From a virus (lineage: Duplodnaviria > Caudoviricetes): a stretch of 64,000 bases of DNA. Location of the stretch: positions 7,408-71,407 of the IMG/VR virus record IMGVR_UViG_3300032216_000679; one strand, written 5' to 3'. The position numbers and the translations under genes were made by a program. Shown piece by piece: positions 1-9,400 of this stretch (positions within the stretch are counted from its first letter, which is position 1; each line of letters begins with the position of its first letter). The notes beneath the pieces are model-generated. The model worked only from the letters and a program-made list of their open reading frames with translations, did no database searches and had not been told where the DNA came from.

Positions 1-5
1 ATTTT

Positions 6-578
6 ATGACTGAAGAAGAGCATTCTATTCTTTTACCCTTTGCTCGTCAAATAACTTTGTGGGATGTAACGGAAAGTCATTATAATGAAAATGGCACCTG
101 TATCTATGACGCTTCATTTTGGGAAAATAGAGTTGCTACAGAAGAAACATTGAATAAGCAAGATCCAGAAATTTCAAAAATAATAAAGACAATGATGGGT
201 AGATTAAAGGTAAATGTTGACAATTTTTTCAATGTTGATGCACGACCCACTTCTCCAACAATTGTTAGATGGCTTCCAGGATATTTTCAAAATCCTCATG
301 CAGATAAAGAACTTCATGAAGGACCAGATGCTGGAAAACCAAATGATTTTCCATATTATGATATAGCAAGTCTATTTTATTTAAATGACGATTATGAGGG
401 TGGAGAACTTTATTTTCCAAAACAAGATATTAAATTTAAACCAAAATCAAAAGCAGCATATTTTTTCCCAGGAGACATGAATTATATACACGGTGTAACA
501 GAAGTAACTTCAGGCATTAGGTATACTTGTCCATTTTTTTGGACCATATTAGAACATGGAAATAAAAATGCTATCTGA
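6..578 (+). CDS. 2OG-Fe(II) oxygenase, prolyl-4-hydroxylase-like (may begin upstream of the window)
   Basis: HxD (PHADKE), LFYLNDDYEGGEL, distal H (YIHGV) and R (GIRY). Confidence 0.85.
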   Translation: MTEEEHSILLPFARQITLWDVTESHYNENGTCIYDASFWENRVATEETLNKQDPEISKIIKTMMGRLKVNVDNFFNVDARPTSPTIVRWLPGYFQNPHADKELHEGPDAGKPNDFPYYDIASLFYLNDDYEGGELYFPKQDIKFKPKSKAAYFFPGDMNYIHGVTEVTSGIRYTCPFFWTILEHGNKNAI

Positions 579-1233
579 TGCACAAAAAGGATTTTTTAAA
601 GAAGATATAATTTATTTTAATAATTTTATCCCTCAACAAGATTGTAAAAAATTAGTTCAATATTACAAAAATAAAACAGAGTGGAGCCTCGTAGCATTTT
701 ATGAATCATATGGAATGAATATGGTTGAAGATGATGAAGATTTAGAAAAATTTGGTTTATCAAGATTTTATTTAAAAGATGTAGCAGAAAAAATGCAATT
801 TGCAGCAGAAGAGGCTCATAGTAGAAAAGTTAAAAGAGTTTCTACTCATGCACAAAAATGGGAAAAGGGGTCCTATGCAAATTTTCATTCAGACAACTCT
901 GATATGGATGGAAATCCAAGTGCTTGGGAGGTAAGCAAATTTGTTTGTTTACTTTATTTAAATAGTGATTATAGTGGTGGACAATTAGACTTTAGAGATC
1001 ATGATATCTGTATATCTCCAGACGAAGGAATGCTAATAACATTTCCAGGCGGTATAGAAAATATTCATGCGGTAAAAGAAGTTACAAGTGGAACAAGATA
1101 TACCCTAGGGTCTTTTTGGGATTATGCTGAAGCAGAGTATTCCGAAGAGCGCAAAGCAGAATGGAAGAAAGAAAAAGAAGAAGTAGAAAAAAAACAAGCA
1201 AAAATGTATGCTGAATGGAAAAAAGAAAAATAG
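556..1233 (+). CDS. 2OG-Fe(II) oxygenase, prolyl-4-hydroxylase-like (alternative start 568)
   Basis: FHSD, LLYLNSDYSGGQL, IHAVKEVTSGTRY; paralogue of the upstream gene. Confidence 0.85.
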   Translation: MEIKMLSDAQKGFFKEDIIYFNNFIPQQDCKKLVQYYKNKTEWSLVAFYESYGMNMVEDDEDLEKFGLSRFYLKDVAEKMQFAAEEAHSRKVKRVSTHAQKWEKGSYANFHSDNSDMDGNPSAWEVSKFVCLLYLNSDYSGGQLDFRDHDICISPDEGMLITFPGGIENIHAVKEVTSGTRYTLGSFWDYAEAEYSEERKAEWKKEKEEVEKKQAKMYAEWKKEK

Positions 1234-1251
1234 TTGCAACAATAAACACAA

Positions 1252-1260
1252 TGATATAAT
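1252..1260 (+). promoter_or_regulatory. extended -10 promoter TGATATAAT, followed by an SD (AGGAG)
   Basis: TGn-TATAAT in the intergenic gap upstream of ORF 1277. Confidence 0.7.
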
Positions 1261-1276
1261 TGAATAGGAGACAATA

Positions 1277-2137
1277 ATGCCCAATGAACTAGGAACCAAC
1301 TATAAGGTAACTGTGCCAGTGCTTGCAGATAATGCAAGCATCTATGAGGCATTTCAGTACTACCACATGGGTGGAACAAATGGTTCTGTTGCTACAAATA
1401 GCATAGAGAATAGACTACTTCAGATAGACAATAAAATAAGTGGAGTTATAACTAGCATAGGATATGAAAACATATCTCCTACACCTTTTCCAGTTCAATC
1501 AAGATTAGCATATATTGAGACAGTAGTGGGAACCTCATCTACCCCTGGCGGCACTAATAGTTCTTCATATATAAAGATGGCACCATCTTCTAACGATACC
1601 GCTTCAACAAGAAACTTAATCACTCCTACTGGAATCTCGGTAATTCCGTTGGCTATTCAAGGTGCAAATGGACAAACTGCTGATTTACAACAATGGAAGA
1701 CAAATGCTGCCACGGTAGCCAAAATAGATAGCACTGGTAAATTGTCTTCTTATAATGGTTCTTCAATGGTAGATGTTGTAACAGTCTCTGGAACACAAAC
1801 ATTGACAGATAAAACCTTAACTACTCCAATAACAACAATAGGAACAAATGCTAGGACAGCATCTTATACTTTAATTTTATCTGATCAAAGTAAAATGATT
1901 GAAGTAAACTCCTCTTCCGCCACAACATTAACAATTCCAGCAGATGCATCAGTAAACTTTCCAGTAGGAACATATATTGTTGTTCTTCAAACAGGTTCTG
2001 GACAAATAACAGTTGCTGGAAGCGGGTTCACTCCTGATGCTACTCCTGGAAGAAAAACCAGAACTCTTTGGTCTATGGCAACGCTCATTAAACGAGGTAC
2101 AAATTTGTGGGTAGTTGCTGGAGATCTAGTAGCCTGA
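1277..2137 (+). CDS. tail fibre / virion-associated protein
   Basis: GTQTLTDKTLT fibre motif; C-terminal YTL..D..K.IE...TIP.DASVNFP.GT...ATL.KR..N.W...GDL domain shared with the next gene. Confidence 0.65.
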   Translation: MPNELGTNYKVTVPVLADNASIYEAFQYYHMGGTNGSVATNSIENRLLQIDNKISGVITSIGYENISPTPFPVQSRLAYIETVVGTSSTPGGTNSSSYIKMAPSSNDTASTRNLITPTGISVIPLAIQGANGQTADLQQWKTNAATVAKIDSTGKLSSYNGSSMVDVVTVSGTQTLTDKTLTTPITTIGTNARTASYTLILSDQSKMIEVNSSSATTLTIPADASVNFPVGTYIVVLQTGSGQITVAGSGFTPDATPGRKTRTLWSMATLIKRGTNLWVVAGDLVA

Positions 2138-2146
2138 TGGTATAAT
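2138..2146 (+). promoter_or_regulatory. extended -10 TGGTATAAT, 6 nt before ATG (leaderless)
   Basis: motif and spacing; no SD. Confidence 0.7.
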
Positions 2147-2152
2147 TTTATT

Positions 2153-3004
2153 ATGGCTGCTAGTGGACAAACAACTTCTTATCAATTACCATATCCTTTA
2201 CAAACAGATGCTGTAGATGTTTCTGGAGACATGCAGTTATTGGCAGAAAAGGTAGAAGAAAAATTATTGTTAAAGGCAGCATTAGTTTCTCCTACTTTTA
2301 CAGGAACACCTTTAGCACCAACAGCATCAGTAGATACTTCAACAACACAACTTGCCACAACTGCTTTTGTCATTAATCAGGGGTATATTAAAAGCGCAGA
2401 TGCATTCTCAACATATGCTCCATTATCATCTCCAGCATTAACTGGTAATCCTACCGCTACAACACAAAGTCTTGGCAATAGTAGTACAAGAATTGCAACA
2501 ACGGCGTTTGTAGCAAATACTGTTAGTAGTTCAATTAGTGCTATAACTGGACTTCTTCCTTCACAGTCATATCCAGAAACTAATGAAAAGTTCCTATCCT
2601 CTGATGGTTCAAATGCAAGTTGGTCAGGAATGCAGATTAGCAATGTCGATAATCTTCAAACTTCATTGAATAATTTAACTCCACTCAATCGTTCTTTTGT
2701 ATCATCATCTGAAACATTATATCCATTACAACTTACAGATGCATACAAGCAAGTAGAAATGACCTCTTCTTCAGCAAATACTGTATATGTACCCAAAGAT
2801 GCATCTGTTAATTTCCCTATTGGAACCACAATAACCATTGCAAGCATGGGGACGGGGCAAACTACAATTATTGCACAAGAAGATAGCATTACTACAGTTT
2901 TAGTAACAGAGAATAATTATCGACTAAGAACAAGATATTCTGTAGCAACATTAGTTAAAAGAGCAGCAAACCAATGGTTGTTATACGGGGATTTGAGTTC
3001 ATGA
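2153..3004 (+). CDS. tail fibre / virion-associated protein (paralogue of 1277)
   Basis: two AxLxSPxxTGxPxAxT repeats each followed by ATTAFV; same C-terminal domain as ORF 1277. Confidence 0.65.
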   Translation: MAASGQTTSYQLPYPLQTDAVDVSGDMQLLAEKVEEKLLLKAALVSPTFTGTPLAPTASVDTSTTQLATTAFVINQGYIKSADAFSTYAPLSSPALTGNPTATTQSLGNSSTRIATTAFVANTVSSSISAITGLLPSQSYPETNEKFLSSDGSNASWSGMQISNVDNLQTSLNNLTPLNRSFVSSSETLYPLQLTDAYKQVEMTSSSANTVYVPKDASVNFPIGTTITIASMGTGQTTIIAQEDSITTVLVTENNYRLRTRYSVATLVKRAANQWLLYGDLSS

Positions 3005-3005
3005 T

Positions 3006-3551
3006 ATGCCTGTCCTTGCAGTAGTTGGTGCATCTATTTGGGGTGGCGGAGGAGTTCCTGACAAGCCAATTATCACATATCAAAATCAAGTTGGTAGATT
3101 TACTATAACAAATTATAATCCTAATTTGATATATTCTTTTTCTGTAAATTCTGGATCTGTGACTCAGACCATCTCTGGCAATTCTTTAATACTTACCCTA
3201 AGTAGCGGAGATTCCACATGCACGGTGTCTGTTTATTCACAAAAAAGAATTTTAGGCCCATTATCAACTTGTACAAGAAAGCCATATGCATATTCTTGCA
3301 GAACAGTTCAGCAAACATGTAGTAGAGCGGCAGGATGTACTGTTGAGTGTCCAGATTCATGTTCATCAGATCCAGGGCAAGGAGGTTGGGGACAATGTGG
3401 GTGTGGAGGATCAAGTCCCTATGGCGGAAGAGTTATTGTGACATGTGGTTCAGAAGATTATGATTGCAGTTATCAAGCATGTGATGTTCTTATCAGTCAA
3501 ACTGCGAATGGATATATAAACAATGGATCAGAATGGTATAAAATAACATAA
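3006..3551 (+). CDS. Cys-rich putative virion/adhesin protein
   Basis: beta-rich N-terminal half; 11 Cys in about 70 aa of the C-terminal half; follows the fibre genes. Confidence 0.5.
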   Translation: MPVLAVVGASIWGGGGVPDKPIITYQNQVGRFTITNYNPNLIYSFSVNSGSVTQTISGNSLILTLSSGDSTCTVSVYSQKRILGPLSTCTRKPYAYSCRTVQQTCSRAAGCTVECPDSCSSDPGQGGWGQCGCGGSSPYGGRVIVTCGSEDYDCSYQACDVLISQTANGYINNGSEWYKIT

Positions 3552-4174
3552 TGAGTACTATAAATATATATAAAGATAAAGCAAATACTGTTTGGGAAAA
3601 TGATGAAACTTTTCTTTGTGTTTTTGATAATGACAATAACTTAATTTCTTATTATGATTTTTGTACTGGATTAAGATTAATGCAAGATGATAAAGAAATG
3701 ACTATTTTTATTAATAGCGATGATCTTTCATTAGGTAAGTGGACATTTTTTGGCACAAAGGTTGTTGTTAAAAATAAGAAAGAATTAAAAGAAAAAATAA
3801 AAGTTGATGGAATTAAAAATGAAAAACCACAAAATAATGCAAAGATTTATTCTTGGCCCAATGAAAATTGCGGTCCAGGAAAATTTGTATCAAAAAAAGA
3901 AAGAGAAGAAAGAATTTCAATATGCAAGCAATGCCCCCTTTTTGATTTACAAAATATAACTTGTACCATTAATGAAAAAATAATATTAAAAACAACAAAA
4001 TATGAACATGAATATTGTCCAAAAGAAAAGTGGGGAGACAAAGATAGAATCATGGCAAATCATGCGGCATCAGCAAAGGCACAAGGAATTTTTGTTCCAA
4101 ATCCAGTACAAATTGATGCACAAGAACAAGCAGATTTTGAAGCAGAACTAGAAGGATACTTGAAAGGATTGTAA
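3551..4174 (+). CDS. hypothetical protein with a C-terminal CxxC...CP..KW domain
   Basis: ERISICKQCP...YCPKEKW; TAATG-type overlap with the upstream gene. Confidence 0.6.
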   Translation: MSTINIYKDKANTVWENDETFLCVFDNDNNLISYYDFCTGLRLMQDDKEMTIFINSDDLSLGKWTFFGTKVVVKNKKELKEKIKVDGIKNEKPQNNAKIYSWPNENCGPGKFVSKKEREERISICKQCPLFDLQNITCTINEKIILKTTKYEHEYCPKEKWGDKDRIMANHAASAKAQGIFVPNPVQIDAQEQADFEAELEGYLKGL

Positions 4175-4344
4175 TGTTTGTTGAAAAAGAAGAAGCATTT
4201 GAAAGATTAGCAATCTGTAACTCTTGTCCATCATTGTTTAAACCAACTTGGACATGTAAAGAGTGTGGTTGTTTTATGAAAGTAAAAGCACGTTTAGCGT
4301 TTACAGAATGTCCATTGCACAAATGGTCTAAATCAGAAAACTAA
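4174..4344 (+). CDS. small Cys-motif protein (56 aa, DUF6171-like); absent from the ORF track
   Basis: translates to MFVEKEEAFERLAICNSCPSLFKPTWTCKECGCFMKVKARLAFTECPLHKWSKSEN; TAATG overlap. Confidence 0.75.
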   Translation: MFVEKEEAFERLAICNSCPSLFKPTWTCKECGCFMKVKARLAFTECPLHKWSKSEN

Positions 4345-4403
4345 TGTTTTTAAATTGTTATAGTTATCACTATAAAATTTTTTAATATTTCCCTCATACC
4401 GAA

Positions 4404-4432
4404 TTGCGGATTTTAAAAGAAGTTGCTACAAT
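4404..4432 (+). promoter_or_regulatory. sigma70/sigmaA-type promoter for nrdJ
   Basis: TTGCGG-17 nt-TACAAT with TG extension. Confidence 0.65.
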
Positions 4433-4468
4433 AGTCCTTTATTACAATTCAAAATGGAAGGTGTTCAT

Positions 4469-6415
4469 ATGTCATTTATTGACGAAAATGGATCAATCTC
4501 AGATCCATACCGCAATTTTATTCATGTTTCAAGATACTCCCGCTGGCTGGAAGATAAGAACAGGAGGGAAACATGGGTAGAAACTGTGGATCGTTATATG
4601 ACATTTATGAAGAATCACCTTGTTAATAATTTTAATTATGATGAAAATGATATTAAGTTTGCACAAGTAAAAGATGCAATTCTTAATCATAAGGTTATGC
4701 CTTCTATGCGTGCCATGATGACCGCTGGACCAGCATTAGAAAGAGACAATATTGCAGCATACAACTGTTCTTTTATCGCTGTAGATAGCCTGAGAGCCTT
4801 TGATGAGGCTATGTACGTTCTTATGAACGGAACTGGTGTAGGATTTTCTGTTGAACAGAAATATGTAAATCATCTTCCAGTAATTGCTGATGATTTTTTC
4901 CCAACAAATACCACGGTAATTGTTGAAGATAGCAAATTAGGTTGGGCAAAGGCATATAAAGAACTTATTGGTCTTTTATCTATGGGACAAATTCCAAACT
5001 GGGATATGTCTAAGGTTCGTCCAGCAGGAGCAAGACTAAAGACATTTGGTGGCCGTGCATCTGGCCCTAAGCCACTTAGCGATTTATTTAAGTTTACTGT
5101 TGAGCAATTTAAAATTGCTGCTGGCCGTAGATTAAAGCCAATTGAAGCACATGACATTATGTGTAAGATTGGTGAAGTAGTTGTTGTTGGTGGAGTTCGT
5201 CGCTCTGCCCTCATTTCTCTTTCAAATCTTGATGATTTTGAAATGGCTAAGGCTAAGTCAGGTCAATGGTGGGAAACAGAGGGGCAGCGTGCGCTTGCCA
5301 ATAACTCAGCGGTATATAACATGAAGCCAAATACTGCTCAGTTTCTTCGTGAATGGCGTAATCTATATGAATCAAAGTCTGGTGAGCGTGGTATCTATAA
5401 TATGGATTCTGTTCGCAAACATATTGACAAGTTTGGTCGTCGTGATTCTTCTAAGGTAGCAGGAACAAACCCATGTGGAGAAATTCTTCTACGTCCCAAT
5501 CAATTCTGTAATTTAACAGAAGTTGTTATTGATGCAAAGGATACGCAAGAAAGTCTTGCTGAAAAAATTCGTATTGCTGCGATTCTAGGTACTTGGCAAT
5601 CAACGCTTACTAATTTTAAATACATCAGGAAGATTTGGAAGGATAACAGTGAAGAAGAAAGACTACTCGGTGTATCACTCACTGGCATTTTTGGTAACGT
5701 TCTTACTGGGACTAATCATAATTCATTACCTGAATTATTGACAAACCTTCGTAAAGTTGCTGTTGATACAAATATATCTGAAGCAGATAAACTTGGAATT
5801 CAACAATCAACTGCTGTTACAACAGTAAAGCCTTCTGGAACAGTCTCACAGTTAACGGGGGTATCTAGTGGAATACATCCTTGGTATTCAGAATATTATA
5901 TTCGTTCAGTAAGAGCAGATAATAAAGATCCTTTGACAGAATTCCTTAAGGATTTTAATATTCCTAATGAACCAGATGTTATGAAGCCAGATTCAACCAC
6001 TGTATTTTATTTCCCAATAAAGTCCCCAGATGGAGCAACAGTAACAAAGGATTTGTCTGCTATTGATCATTTAGAAATGTGGAAGACGTATCGTGAATTT
6101 TGGACAGAACATAATCCATCTGTAACTGTTAATATTGCAGAAGATGAATGGCTAGAAGTTGGTGCTTGGGTATATAAGAATTTTGATGCCATTGGTGGAA
6201 TATCTTTCCTTCCAGCATCTGAGCATTCATATAAGCAAGCGCCATATCAAGAAATTACTAAGGAGGAGTATGAAGAGGCATTTGCAAAGATGCCAAACAA
6301 TATTCCTTGGCAATCCTTGCCTCTTTATGAACTAGAAGATACAACTACTGGCGTACAAGATCTTGCTTGTGTTGCAGGCGCTTGTGAAGTTGTAGACATT
6401 GTTAAAACTGCTTAA
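4469..6415 (+). CDS. nrdJ: class II (adenosylcobalamin-dependent) ribonucleotide reductase, monomeric type
   Basis: YSRW..RRETW, MPSMR, YNC, GTGVGFSVE, GGVRRSA, TNPCGEI, FCNLTE, VKPSGTVS, C-terminal CVAGAC; SD GGAAGG favours start 4469. Confidence 0.92.
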   Translation: MSFIDENGSISDPYRNFIHVSRYSRWLEDKNRRETWVETVDRYMTFMKNHLVNNFNYDENDIKFAQVKDAILNHKVMPSMRAMMTAGPALERDNIAAYNCSFIAVDSLRAFDEAMYVLMNGTGVGFSVEQKYVNHLPVIADDFFPTNTTVIVEDSKLGWAKAYKELIGLLSMGQIPNWDMSKVRPAGARLKTFGGRASGPKPLSDLFKFTVEQFKIAAGRRLKPIEAHDIMCKIGEVVVVGGVRRSALISLSNLDDFEMAKAKSGQWWETEGQRALANNSAVYNMKPNTAQFLREWRNLYESKSGERGIYNMDSVRKHIDKFGRRDSSKVAGTNPCGEILLRPNQFCNLTEVVIDAKDTQESLAEKIRIAAILGTWQSTLTNFKYIRKIWKDNSEEERLLGVSLTGIFGNVLTGTNHNSLPELLTNLRKVAVDTNISEADKLGIQQSTAVTTVKPSGTVSQLTGVSSGIHPWYSEYYIRSVRADNKDPLTEFLKDFNIPNEPDVMKPDSTTVFYFPIKSPDGATVTKDLSAIDHLEMWKTYREFWTEHNPSVTVNIAEDEWLEVGAWVYKNFDAIGGISFLPASEHSYKQAPYQEITKEEYEEAFAKMPNNIPWQSLPLYELEDTTTGVQDLACVAGACEVVDIVKTA

Positions 6416-6430
6416 TAGGTCGGATGGCTT

Positions 6431-6461
6431 GGGCGGGGTAGTGGTTGAGGCTACCCCGTCC
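6431..6461 (+). terminator. GC-rich hairpin after nrdJ
   Basis: GGGCGGGGTAG / CTACCCCGTCC, 11 bp with one G-U; no U-tract. Confidence 0.6.
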
Positions 6462-6462
6462 T

Positions 6463-6471
6463 TGCTATAAT
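6463..6471 (+). promoter_or_regulatory. extended -10 TGCTATAAT, 7 nt before ATG 6479 (leaderless)
   Basis: motif and spacing. Confidence 0.7.
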
Positions 6472-6478
6472 GGTATAT

Positions 6479-9400
6479 ATGAGCATTTCTGGAAATAAAT
6501 ATGCTGAGAGGGTGTTCGCAGAACATCCAATCGCTATGTGGAGCATGGATGATTCAGTATATTATATTTCATTATTAAATGACAATGATAGGCTTTTTAG
6601 TTATTGGAATCTTACGGGTTGTGTAGCAGATGATACTCCATATCCTCTTCCAAGCAGCACACTACCAATAGATTCTGATGTTTATTCTTCAATCACTAAA
6701 ACAAATGATAGTGCTGGAACAATAACTGCCGTATCACCAGTTATTTTTGGATTAAATGATGTTAGTAATAAAATTCCAACATTTTGTGTAAATTTTTGGT
6801 TATATCAAGAAGCAACATTTATAAATTGGTTTAAGGTTGGATACAGTTATCTTGATGACAACAACCAACTTCAAGAAGTTCTTTCTGACGAAATACCACC
6901 TCCAGAAACAAGTTCTTGGTTAAATTTTAATCACACCTATGCCCTTCCAGAAAACTGGAATGGAAGTTTAAAACTTATTATAAAAGTTGATTTTCTTAGC
7001 ACCTTTGGGGCGGGTTCTAACGGTTATGTAATTTTAAATGGATTATCTGTTGGTCAAGAGTCAGAAACATCCTGCTATGAAAATCTTGGTAGTAATGCAG
7101 TAATTTCCTTGCCAGATTCTGTGGGGGCAGATTTTTCAGACCTATCTGGAATGGTAGCAGATCAGTATGGAACATCTTTTGACAATGGTTATTATATTGT
7201 AAATAATAATTTTTTAATGGCAAAAAATGACGGTATGCCAATAATTTATGGATCTGATAGTTGTACAAAAATATATTCATATGATTCTTCTTCAAATTAT
7301 CCATCATTTATATTTCCAGGCAAAGGAATGCTTAATGATTCTGGAAGAAACAAAGTCTATACTCTTGAAATGTGGATAAAAGTAGATCCAAAAACTACTT
7401 CTGCAAAAAAAATAATCGGACCAGTATCTGGAAATAATGGCATTTATGTAAAAGAAGGCTTTATTACTTTAGTTGTTGGAAATGAAATAGCCTCTCACTG
7501 TGTGGGTGAATGGTATAGGCCAATGCTTTTACATTTATTGATTAAAGAAGATGTTGCTTGTTTACTTATTAATGGCGAACAGGTTGTTCAAGTTCCCTTT
7601 AACAGAAGCACAATAGACTTGCCAAATGATAGAGATTGGTGGGGCGTATACTCTTATCCATCAATAAAAATGTTTAGCGTAGATTGTGTCTCGGTTTTCC
7701 CATATATTGTTGCAAATTCTGTAGCAAAAAGAAGATTTGTTTATGGACAAGGCTCCCCTGCAATTCAAACCATAGATAATAAATTTGGCGGCACCCCAGC
7801 AAGCATTGACTTCTCTACAGCAGAATATAATTCAAGCATAATATACCCAGATATTGCTAGATGGGATGCAGGATATTTTGATAACATTGAGGCAAATAAA
7901 AACTATTTATCTGTTCCAAACTATTCTTTGCCAATTATAAATATTGGTGATAGGGATATTTATCAATGGTATAAGGATAATAAATCAGTATATGAATTAG
8001 AATCTGAAACAAATACAACTCCACACTTTATTTCTTTTAGACCAAATATTGAAGATAATGGAACAACTTGGAATAGAATTTCTGGAACAGACTATGTAAG
8101 CCAATCATATTTAAATTTCCCCACATTAAACATACTCAAAAACACAGTTTCTGCTGTATACGGAGTTTTTGAAATAAAGGATGATATCGAAGACTCAAGA
8201 ACCTTAATGAGTTTCATCAATGTTATAAATGAGCAATCCTTTGACATAAATATAACAGGAAACGAAATAAAATACTATCTTGATGGAATAGAACTTGAAA
8301 ATTCTTTTCAGTCAGCAGAAATAAATAAACCTTTTGTTGTTGGAATTAATTTTGAAAAAGCAACAGAATATTACGGATCAGACATTTCAAGATTCTTTTC
8401 TTCTCCATCTTCAATACAACTATATGTTGGTGGCAATTCATTAAATACTTTTGAAGGAAAAATATATACTGTTGGATTTTGCAATGAGAATAATTATAAT
8501 AAAATATCAGAAACTTTCAATGATTATGGATTTTCAAAATCTGGTACAGATCAAGAAATATTCGATCACATTAGCAGTTATACACTTATTCCAGAATACG
8601 AATATGGTCAACTATTTTTAGATATTTCTATTTCTTCAGAATGGGAAGAGTATTATCCATTAACATATTTTGCTAGTTATGTAAAAAATGGACAAGGAAA
8701 TATGACATACGATTTAGATATGTTGCAGGTAAACTTGGGTTATGCTTCTCCACAGTTAAATGAATTATGGAAATATCAGCAACTTTTGGATGAATACTCT
8801 TCATTAACATACGAAGATTTAAAAGAATCTGTTCATATAAATTATATTAATTATTTCAATTTAAAGAAAAACAATCAAAGTGGAAATGTTAATGACATAA
8901 AAGGGTCATCTGTTGAAACATATTTTACATTTCAAAAATTATCTGATGGAGCAAATGCTCCGCTATCAAGTTTTCCATATACCAAAGAATTATCAGACAC
9001 TAACTCTATTGATGCAGACTTAGAGAATACTGATGATATGCCTAAAAAAGCGTATCAAACAAAATTTATTTTTACAGATGACGTTGTTGTTTATCCACCA
9101 AAAAAGAATAATTTTGAAGATTATGCTATCGTTGCTCATTTTGTTATTAATCAAAGATCAATCTTAAAAAATCCTTTAAAAATAAAGAGTTTTGAAATAT
9201 CTTCAAAGAATTTTAATTACGCAAACTACCTTGATCCAGAAATTCAAAAAAATTATGTTGGAACAAAGTTTGGAACAAAAATATATCCAGAAATTAATTT
9301 ATATGGATTAAAAGATTATAAAAATAAGAATCCATACGTTATATCAAAAAAGACTACTCCTTACATATATACCACTAAAAAGTCTGGAGTAAAGGTTCTC

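Noticed and set aside
4345-4468. Cobalamin riboswitch or NrdR box upstream of nrdJ
   Set aside because: The leader is only about 30 nt and AT-rich, with no B12-box motifs and no convincing NrdR palindrome.
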